Below are positions 55,974-64,000 of a DNA stretch of 64,000 bases, piece after piece (positions within the stretch are counted from its first letter, which is position 1; every line of letters starts with the position of its first letter). The position numbers and the translations under genes are program-made. The notes beneath the pieces were generated by a model. The model saw nothing but the letters and a program-made list of their open reading frames with translations, was not told the origin of the DNA and ran no database searches. The stretch spans positions 86,481-150,480 of the forward strand of contig PDIP01000030.1 of assembly GCA_002811645.1 (NCBI GenBank), read 5' to 3'. The DNA is from Corallochytrium limacisporum Hawaii (lineage: Eukaryota; Protista; Pluriformea).

Positions 55974-58058
55974 ATGATCATTTGCTCTTTGCTGCTTAGT
56001 GCAGCCAGTTCGATACTTGGGCTATATTTTACCACAGAGAATTGGGCATGGCACAAAAACTCTGCTGCTGAAGAGCGATTCTGGGGCCTTTGGGCCGCGT
56101 ACATCGCAGCAGTTCTGCTACTAGGCCCTGACAGTCCCTTCGTGGGATATTTACCATGGTATGTAGATATAATTATTATTTTTGCGAGCTTTGTTACCAT
56201 CAGAGCAACCATCCGCGGGCGTGAAGTCCGGCGGCTTCGTACTCAGGTGTACGCTGTGACCTTCGGTCGACCAATTCGGGAAGACGAGCAGGAGCTTGTG
56301 GACGAAATGAATGCATGCTTAAGACGCTTGCATTTCAATCTTGCGGCTACTACGGTGAAAGCCATTTATAACAAGAGTATTTTAGAGGCTGAGGAGACAA
56401 TCTTAGGGTTAGTAGAGAACACAGACCTTGAATATCTGGAGTATGCATTGCTTCACATTAGCCTACCAGAACTGATTCATTGCATGCGAGACCATCAGCG
56501 GTTATCGAAGGAACCGAACAAAACACGTTTGCTGGACTTGTTTTTCTTCAAACGCATCAATGAGTTTTCTGTTGTGGTGAGAGCGGCATTAATCAGTGCT
56601 TTAATGCGAACAGACAATCTCATTCAAACGCACCCCAAGGGACACGCCTACGTCGCCTCTGCGTTGTTGAGTTTGCAGGGCAATGACCTTGTGCTGTTTA
56701 AGGCACTCATTGACTCTACAGGGGACTACTACACAATGCACAAGTTGTTGTATATTGATCTGCCGGAGGGGCCGACGAGAAAAAAGATCTTACAGCATTT
56801 CAAGGTAGAGGCCGTGCGTCATCGGCACAAGAACAACCATCACCGCACGTCGGGCAATCAAAAGCTCATGCGGGGAGTAACAGGAATGTTAGACACCATC
56901 CACTTCAATCATATCAATGTGAGAAAAGCAACCACAAACTTCACAAAGATTCTTTCGGACATTGATGATACCTTGTACTCTTCCGGTGGCGACGGATGGG
57001 CAGGCATTGATAACATGTTTCCCCGGAGGGTATTGTACCCAGGAGTTCTTGCATTCTACCGTGCCCTTGATCTGGGTCCAAGAGCTTCAGATTTCCACTG
57101 GCCGAAGCACCAGATTGGTAATCTTTGTTTTTTGTCTGCCAGACCTCATATCTACAAAGATGTGACAGAAGCAGCAAGTTACAGTTTGTTTGCACGCCTT
57201 ATCAAGGACCGACACTTACATGCCATGCCTACACTCCTTGCTGGTGATCTGGAGTCCAGGAAGGGTGTCCGCATTGCAGAGAACTATCTCTGGCTTGAAC
57301 TCAAGGAGTACACTCCCATTGAGAACAAGAAAATGCAAAACTTCATGGAGTACGCCGCCTGCTTCCCCGAGTACGATTTCATTCTTGTAGGAGACAATGG
57401 ACAAGCCGATGTACAAGTTGCCAAGAGAGCTATGAAGTCGCTTGATGGCAAGATCAAGGGGGCCCTCATGCATGTCATTCAGCCCATCAAGGCAACCTTT
57501 GGTTACGAGGAAGGTGATGAAGAGCGCTTGCCAAGGCACGGTATTCACTATTTCCATACATTCGTGGAAGCAGCGGAAATCGCATATGGGCAGGGTTGGA
57601 TCAGCGAATACTCCCTTGGCATGGTGATGCGGAATGCCAAGGTTGATCTTTTGCGATACTTGCAGGAGCTCCCCTTGACAAAAGAAGAGCGGAAGCAGAA
57701 ACCCGGCAAGTTGCCTATTTTCACCCAAAAGCAACGGCTGTTCGAAGTCAGAGCAATCAATAAGGCTCTTGAACGTGTTAATGAGATTGTGGACAAAGAC
57801 TTCCGTCTGCCTCTCGTCGGTGATGATAAACTTGGCTTCGTCCCGACTGTTGAAGAGGAGAAGGAGGCGCAACGCTCCCGTCGGTACGCCGACGCCGACG
57901 ATGAAGCTTTTTGTACCACCATCCGGCCGGGAATCCACCACCCCTATGGCGACCTGCAGTCCGCCGCCACGGGCTACGACAACAGCGATGTCATCTACAA
58001 TACGGTTGACCGACAGACACCAACTATGGACCGTCTGCGTACCAGGGATGCCCTTTGA
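55974..58058 (+). CDS. APP1-type (DxDxT, HAD-like) phosphatidate phosphatase with N-terminal membrane segments
   Basis: ILSDIDDTL, YPGVLAFY, FLSARP, FPEYDFILVGDNGQAD; three N-terminal hydrophobic helices. Confidence 0.8.
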   Translation: MIICSLLLSAASSILGLYFTTENWAWHKNSAAEERFWGLWAAYIAAVLLLGPDSPFVGYLPWYVDIIIIFASFVTIRATIRGREVRRLRTQVYAVTFGRPIREDEQELVDEMNACLRRLHFNLAATTVKAIYNKSILEAEETILGLVENTDLEYLEYALLHISLPELIHCMRDHQRLSKEPNKTRLLDLFFFKRINEFSVVVRAALISALMRTDNLIQTHPKGHAYVASALLSLQGNDLVLFKALIDSTGDYYTMHKLLYIDLPEGPTRKKILQHFKVEAVRHRHKNNHHRTSGNQKLMRGVTGMLDTIHFNHINVRKATTNFTKILSDIDDTLYSSGGDGWAGIDNMFPRRVLYPGVLAFYRALDLGPRASDFHWPKHQIGNLCFLSARPHIYKDVTEAASYSLFARLIKDRHLHAMPTLLAGDLESRKGVRIAENYLWLELKEYTPIENKKMQNFMEYAACFPEYDFILVGDNGQADVQVAKRAMKSLDGKIKGALMHVIQPIKATFGYEEGDEERLPRHGIHYFHTFVEAAEIAYGQGWISEYSLGMVMRNAKVDLLRYLQELPLTKEERKQKPGKLPIFTQKQRLFEVRAINKALERVNEIVDKDFRLPLVGDDKLGFVPTVEEEKEAQRSRRYADADDEAFCTTIRPGIHHPYGDLQSAATGYDNSDVIYNTVDRQTPTMDRLRTRDAL

Positions 58059-58747
58059 ACGACCATCCTCTTCTTCATCTCCAACTGGCGATCAATTTGA
58101 CCATATAATTTAGTTACTGACTTTCTGCCGGGCCCTTCCCTATCGCAGGACGGTGACCACAGACCAAGTTCTATTTTTGGAACTCCCTACCTAACGAAGT
58201 GCGCTTCCGCTAGGCAGTCGCGCACTCCCACTCTCTTTCTACACAATCATACATTCAGTATAGGCCCGGATACCCGGAGATTTAGGAAAACGAACCGAAA
58301 CACAGAAAAATTGCGCAGAAAAGTTTGAATTTTTGGGTGGGACAGCCTAAGAACACGGGACAGAAGCACAGACTTTCGGCACTCAGTGCATGTGTTTGGT
58401 GGGCGGTACGCGTCTGCTGTCCATCAGCTGAGGTCTTCCTCACGTCTTTGACTACCGTCCCCAACTTGTCCACAAATAATCAAGGGAATAGCTATGGCAG
58501 ATGTGGGCCGGAGGCGAGTTCGGACCCGTGGCCTGCCATTAAAATTTCGCGGGGCCCAATGATGTGCGTGCCCGCCTGTGATGTTTACGCTGGTTGGAAG
58601 GATGAAACTATGTGGTGCCCCGGCATGTAAGAAGTTTTCGTGGACAACTAAGCAATCTACGGCTAGTATTTGAGTAGAGATGTCTGGCGACTATACGGGA
58701 TGCCTCAAGGTCAACCACTATTGGCTTGAGTTATCATATACATAGTT

Positions 58748-60052
58748 ATGTCACAGTCAGTAGAGAGGATCCGTCGCTATCTTGCCCGGTTGAATCCGGA
58801 TGGAATGGCTCTGGAGCAATCCCTGCAGCGTATGCGACAGGGTCGGGATGCTGCCCGTAAGGCAAACAACCCTCCAAAGGGAGTGGAGAAGAATCTCTCT
58901 GCCGAGGAGTACTGGGCCCGCTACTTGACTATGCTGGACGCAGAGCAAAAAGAATCCATTTTGGACCCCATGAGCAAGAATAATGTCGACGGTGGTCGCT
59001 TCAATACCAACTGTGAAAACTGTTTCGGTACAGTGAAGATGCCAGTGGGTTTGGCCGGTCCTGTGCGCATTCATGGCAAGCATGCCAATGGTGACTTCTA
59101 CATTCCCTTAGCTACCCACGAAGGTGCTCTGGTTGCGTCCTACAGCCGTGGCATGCAAGTGCTGAACTCTGGTGGTGGAGTGCAGGTCGCAGTAATTGAC
59201 GAAGGCGTCGCTCGAGTACCAGTCTTTTCCTTTGAGCACCTGAGCGATACCTTGGCCTTCATGAAGTGGACGGCTGAGAACGAGCAGCTTTTTAGAGAAA
59301 TGGCTGCAGAGAAGACCAAGCATGGAAAGCTGGAGGACATCAAGTACCTTGTAGAGGGCCGAAATATTCATGTCAAGTTCGACTACCACTGTGGTGATGC
59401 TGCGGGACAGAATATGGTGTCCTTCTGCACCGACCACATCTTCAAGTATATCCAGGCCAACAGCCCAGTGCCCATCGTTTCCTGTGCCCTGGATGGTGGC
59501 CTCAGCAGCGACAAGAAGGCTTCTGCCTTCTCACACATCGATGTCCGTGGCAAGCGTGTTGTAGCAGAGGCAACGATCCCGAAGGATGTGGTGGAGAAGC
59601 GCCTGCATACACCGGTACGTGATTTTGTGAGATATCGCCAGAGGGCCCTGGCTTCGTACGCTGCCATGGGTCTGGTGGGAGCTGCCCTCCATCCAGCAAA
59701 CGGTCTGGCTGCCATGTATATTGCCTGCGGTCAGGACGCTGCCTGTGTGAGCGAGTCTCATCCTGCTGTGACCAAGTTTGAAGAGACTCCAGAGGGAGAT
59801 CTGCATGTGAGCATTACTTTCGGCAACATCATTGTCGGCAGTGTCGGTGGCGGTACGAACCTTCCCACCCAGGCAGCCTGCCTGGACATCCTCGGCTGCC
59901 GGGGTGCCGGCAAGGCCAACAAGCTTGCTGAGATCATTGCTACAGTCTGTTTGGCCGGAGAGATTTCGCTGGCCGGTGCCATCAGTGCTGCTGAGTGGAC
60001 TGATGCCCATGCGAAGCTCGGTCGGGATAGGACCAGCACCCACCAGGCCTAA
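58748..60052 (+). CDS. Soluble class I HMG-CoA reductase, bacterial-type, no membrane domain
   Basis: CENCFG, PLATHEGALVASYSRG, GDAAGQNMV, SDKK, ACGQDAACVSES, GGGT, GEISL, C-terminal AHAKLGR. Confidence 0.95.
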   Translation: MSQSVERIRRYLARLNPDGMALEQSLQRMRQGRDAARKANNPPKGVEKNLSAEEYWARYLTMLDAEQKESILDPMSKNNVDGGRFNTNCENCFGTVKMPVGLAGPVRIHGKHANGDFYIPLATHEGALVASYSRGMQVLNSGGGVQVAVIDEGVARVPVFSFEHLSDTLAFMKWTAENEQLFREMAAEKTKHGKLEDIKYLVEGRNIHVKFDYHCGDAAGQNMVSFCTDHIFKYIQANSPVPIVSCALDGGLSSDKKASAFSHIDVRGKRVVAEATIPKDVVEKRLHTPVRDFVRYRQRALASYAAMGLVGAALHPANGLAAMYIACGQDAACVSESHPAVTKFEETPEGDLHVSITFGNIIVGSVGGGTNLPTQAACLDILGCRGAGKANKLAEIIATVCLAGEISLAGAISAAEWTDAHAKLGRDRTSTHQA

Positions 60053-60111
60053 CAAACGCACTGTCACAATAGTACATGTTACTAACACCTATTCTGTAAG
60101 GGAATTTAGGT

Positions 60112-62337
60112 TTACAATCGATTGAAGAGTTGAAGATTGACAGCGGCAAGGAAGGCCGGAATGGATTGCAGGGTACCTAAGTACGTCTCCATCAAAGACT
60201 GTACCAATGGGTCCGATGCGTAAGTTGTCTCAAGCATATAGAACCCTGGCGCATCTCCGCCACGGCGGCCGCGGTATTCGAATAGAAGGTACTTAGTAGA
60301 GTCATTCAGGGCAATTGGCGTCAGGCGATATCGCCTCTCTGTTGGCATCTCTACACGCCATCCAAAGATTTCAGAAACGTCTCGGCGAAACTCATTTGTC
60401 TTCTTCGCAAAGATGGTACGCATGCGTTCGTTGCGAATATTTGCCTGCTCGAGCTGATCCTTGAGCTCCTTTGTCGATTGCATTTCTCCTTCCGACTTTG
60501 CAGGTGCGGAGGTGGTTTCCGGTGGTGTCGCGGCGGAGTTGAACTCCAATTGTGCCTGTAATTCAGTGACCCGGTTCAATCGCTTCCTAAGGGCCATATC
60601 TAGCGGATTGCCCTGGAAGTGCAGAATCTTGTATGGCCTCTGGGCGCTTTGCTCCTGACGTGGAGCACTTGTTGCTCCGTGCTTCGACTGTAACTCCTCC
60701 TGCAGAAGCTTCTTCTCCGACACAATTCTTGTGATCTCCTCTTCGGCTTGAACAACACGCGATTCTAGTCGACGCTTTGCCATGTCAACGTCAGCATACG
60801 ACTTCCGCAAGTTCTCGGCCTCACGTTGATAAAAGTCAGTGTCCTTCTTGTACTGATCGATGGCAAAGTCATGCTGCTTCCGCAGCTCATTGATGGTGTC
60901 TATGAGATCGGTGGTTTTGCTCTCATCACCTCCATCTACATCACCAGCTTGCAGCCCAAGAGCCAGCGCTTCCTTAAGGCGCTTGACGGATGTGTCGGAG
61001 TACACAAGACGACTCTCAAGTTGCTTCCGGCTGATGTGTTCCTGATCCAGCTGCCGCTTCAGGTCATCAACTTCTATCCTCAGTTTGCTGGTAATGTCAT
61101 TCTTCTCGACGGATGCCAATTTCTGTTTCAACTGCCCTATTTCATCATCACGTTCAAGCACTGCTGAACGAATATCAGAAATAAACTTCTGTAGCTGACC
61201 AGGTTCCTTGAAAGTCACCGTTTGGCCATCGATTCCCATGGTCGACTGTACTGTCCAGTTCTCCAGAGTGCTCACCTGAGATTGCAGGCGTTGGTTATCC
61301 TGAACTGCGGAATTCAAACGGTCTTCCAGAACTTTTTTCTCAGACTCCGCGGCCTCAACACGATGGTTATCCTCTGCATATTTCTTTGCGCGCATTCGCA
61401 ACTTACTTATCTCCTCCTCCAATTGCTCCTTCTCCTTCTGCCCTTTTATGTAGGTGGCAGCCATGATACGAGCCTCATCCACGGCTTGTTCACTGGTGGA
61501 CATATTCTGCAGCTTGAACAGCTGGGCATCGCGCTCAGAGGTCAAGGTGTCCACTTTAGCGCGCAAGTCGAGAACATCTTCCATAGATTTTTCCAGGGCT
61601 GCAGTCTTATCCGCCAATTCCTCACTGCAAATGCTCTTCTCTGCCAATTCACGCCTCAAGTCGCTTATGGTCTGATCCCTCGCGCTGAGCTCTGATTCGT
61701 GCAGGTGGAGCTGCTCGAGGGCGTTTGACTTTGCCTCCGCCAACTCTGCTTTTGTTTCGGCACAAGCTTGTCGATCCATTTCGGCTTGTCCCGACGTCTC
61801 CTTTTCTGCCTCCGTAGCGGATTCTAGTTTGTTTTTGGTACTCTCCAGAGTTGTTTTTGTTTGTTCGAGACCGCTCTTAAGGCGATCGATCAGATCATAC
61901 GCTTCATCAAGTTCATCCTTCAATTTGTATGTTTCAAAGTCCCTATGTGACAAATCATTCTTTACCTCTGTTATCTTTTCTTGTAACACAGAAGTCGTTA
62001 AAGCGTGCTTTGACATCTCACTTCCTAATTCACATTTTGTCTCCAGATATCGCCGTTTATAAGACTGCACAGCGTCGAAATTCAGGTCTGCCTCTGCCAG
62101 AGCTCCCTTTAGCTCTGTAGCGCCTGTGGTACTAGTTGCTGTGGTGATCTGTTGGTTTTCTGTATCCGCTGACCAGGCTTGCACGGCTGCCAATACTTTT
62201 GAAGGGGTCAATTTCTTTGATAGATCTGTCTTCTGCCCGAGTGGGGTACTCTTTGCAGAGGCCTTCTTTGGAGAGGTGGTCCTCCTGCGCTTAGGCGATA
62301 CGGATCTCTTCCGCTTTGCGGGACTCGCTACTGTCAT
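60112..62337 (-). CDS. MAD1: Spindle assembly checkpoint protein MAD1
   Basis: Long coiled coil; Mad2-interaction motif KILHFQGNP; ERMRTIF...EFR...FGW; C-terminal SIPAFLAAVNLQLF. Confidence 0.93.
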   Translation of the reverse strand: MTVASPAKRKRSVSPKRRRTTSPKKASAKSTPLGQKTDLSKKLTPSKVLAAVQAWSADTENQQITTATSTTGATELKGALAEADLNFDAVQSYKRRYLETKCELGSEMSKHALTTSVLQEKITEVKNDLSHRDFETYKLKDELDEAYDLIDRLKSGLEQTKTTLESTKNKLESATEAEKETSGQAEMDRQACAETKAELAEAKSNALEQLHLHESELSARDQTISDLRRELAEKSICSEELADKTAALEKSMEDVLDLRAKVDTLTSERDAQLFKLQNMSTSEQAVDEARIMAATYIKGQKEKEQLEEEISKLRMRAKKYAEDNHRVEAAESEKKVLEDRLNSAVQDNQRLQSQVSTLENWTVQSTMGIDGQTVTFKEPGQLQKFISDIRSAVLERDDEIGQLKQKLASVEKNDITSKLRIEVDDLKRQLDQEHISRKQLESRLVYSDTSVKRLKEALALGLQAGDVDGGDESKTTDLIDTINELRKQHDFAIDQYKKDTDFYQREAENLRKSYADVDMAKRRLESRVVQAEEEITRIVSEKKLLQEELQSKHGATSAPRQEQSAQRPYKILHFQGNPLDMALRKRLNRVTELQAQLEFNSAATPPETTSAPAKSEGEMQSTKELKDQLEQANIRNERMRTIFAKKTNEFRRDVSEIFGWRVEMPTERRYRLTPIALNDSTKYLLFEYRGRRGGDAPGFYMLETTYASDPLVQSLMETYLGTLQSIPAFLAAVNLQLFNRL

Positions 62338-62941
62338 CTTTCTTTGGCCGCAAAACTCGATCTACATTGTTGTTATTGTTGTCATCTATGTGTGTATGGT
62401 AATTGAATGTCACTTCCATACATCTATCCTGCTCTCCCTACCACAACAACTTTGAAATAGTAGCTATGTCGAGCACGCGTTCTTTCGCCTTTGTTCAGTC
62501 AGGCACCAGACCCTTCCCGCCCAAACCAGAGAGGAATGCAGCCATTGGGGGGGGGGTCGGGGGAGAGACAACGGTGTGGCGGTAGAGTAGAGCTCACCAG
62601 ACAAATTTCCGACATCCACTGCTGTCACAGTCCTGAGAGAAAACAAGGAACTGAAACGATTATAATAGAGAACTGATCTAAGCCCTGAAGTTTACTCTTC
62701 AATTTCAAATGTGATATATTCAAACTTTACATGTTTTGGATTGACGATGGTGCAAGAATGCTTACTTTGAATGTGGTTTGATGGAGACCTTACAACTGCC
62801 TCAGTTCTGCCATGTAGACGTCAATGTATGCGTACGTTCTCTCGACCAGCCATGACCTTCACCTACGAATTCATGAAACAAGAGTGTACAGATGGCGAAG
62901 CTCATGGTCACCTCAGATTGCAAGGTCGTCCCTAAGTCTGC

Positions 62942-63595
62942 TTATGCTGTAGAAGTGGCACCAATTTCGGCGTTGGAAATTTGAAGGATACCAACAATCA
63001 CACCGAAAAGACCAATGGCAGAAGCAAAAATCTCAACAATGAGAAGCCTCACAAATAGAGAAGCATTCTGGGCATCACCAAGCGCAGCTCCAGAGCCAAC
63101 AATGCCGACACTAATACCGCATGCTAAGTTACTGAAACCGACCGTCAATCCAGCACCAAATAGAGCGTACCCACCAAACAAATTGTTTCTGTATGCCACG
63201 CTATTGTAATCGATGCCAACCTCGTCCTGTGAGAGCTTGCTGCTGACAATAATAGCAATAATGATACCGTAAATCGCGACGGCTTCGCAGAAAATAATGC
63301 TCACCAAGTTCTTGGTACGAATGCGAGGAGCCTTTACACCAGCACCCATAATGGATGATCCGGTAAGGTAAATGCCCGTAGCAGCCCCCACAACGGATAA
63401 CGAAATAGCAAGTCCAATACCTAGGCTAGCCCACAGCATAGGATCGGTGTATGTCAGGAACTCTGCAACATTGAAACGGAATCCACCCTGATCCGTCAGC
63501 AGCCAATACAATGCGATAAGGATGATGAGGGTAATGAGAATCCCAAGAAGAGAGTATATGTGCACCCCGTAGTAGGGGAGATAATATGTCACCAT
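62942..63595 (-). CDS. ATP6V0B: V-type ATPase 21-kDa proteolipid subunit c'' (Vma16/ATP6V0B)
   Basis: [59 protein letters not shown]. First ATG at 63595. Confidence 0.97.
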   Translation of the reverse strand: MVTYYLPYYGVHIYSLLGILITLIILIALYWLLTDQGGFRFNVAEFLTYTDPMLWASLGIGLAISLSVVGAATGIYLTGSSIMGAGVKAPRIRTKNLVSIIFCEAVAIYGIIIAIIVSSKLSQDEVGIDYNSVAYRNNLFGGYALFGAGLTVGFSNLACGISVGIVGSGAALGDAQNASLFVRLLIVEIFASAIGLFGVIVGILQISNAEIGATSTA

Positions 63596-64000
63596 CTTGG
63601 TTTCGGATACACACTGAAGCCAACCTTCAATGTACAGATGGCTTCCCGGTTCATAGAGACACTCTTTGTTTGGATATGATGTTCTTTGCCAAAATTCCAA
63701 AATACCTAGCAAGAGACTGTGTCAAGACCAACGCACCACTAGCAACATCCTAAACTTCTCATCGGTCACTCAATGAAGCACCGTGACCTATCATCTCTAC
63801 TCGACAACCCGCCGAACCCGAACAACAAGGGGCCATTGTCAGTGAGTGATGTATACAAACTCCCTCCCGTGCCACGCAATACCCAAAGCCCCACAAACCA
63901 TCGCGCACCTACTCTCCCTAGTACCACCCTCTGTCTGGTATGTCAGGGTCAAAACTCCGAAAAACTTGACTCCCGAGGATCTTTTTCAATCTTGATTGTA

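Overview
Eukaryotic nuclear DNA that is compact and almost intron-free. I can support 23 protein-coding genes and only one clear spliceosomal intron. In order: synaptophysin-like MARVEL protein, ENY2/Sus1, LtrA-family membrane protein, Mdm12 (ERMES), a phospholipase C with three DEP domains, TTC5, glutamate 5-kinase, nocturnin, a bacterial-type secreted/anchored protein, a minimal Phactr/Bni4-type PP1 regulator, MBIP, kynurenine/glutamine aminotransferase, CUE-AlkB-GRF dioxygenase, RPS28, RRP4, RPP21, XRCC4, a Scm3/HJURP-like protein, FANCI, an APP1-type phosphatase, a soluble bacterial-type HMG-CoA reductase, MAD1 and V-ATPase c''. The mix of animal-type genes (synaptophysin, FANCI, TTC5, MBIP) and fungal-type genes (Mdm12, CUE-AlkB-GRF), plus intron scarcity, suggests a unicellular holozoan such as Corallochytrium; this is inference. 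Genes mostly alternate strand, with convergent gaps as short as 31 bp. Upstream regions carry poly-C/poly-G tracts, often a self-complementary C(n)-CCGG-G(n) element, which is absent from 3'-3' junctions. Best leads: the 3xDEP-PLC architecture, the Scm3/HJURP-like gene sharing a promoter with XRCC4, the C(n)G(n) promoter element, two horizontal-transfer candidates and the lone intron at a synaptophysin-like position. Gene-poor stretches (1-5.3, 18.2-21.2, 26.3-34.9 and 36.7-40.7 kb) hold fragments I cannot identify. I found no tRNA, rRNA, CRISPR array or transposase. All family calls come from recognising motifs by eye; no database search was run.
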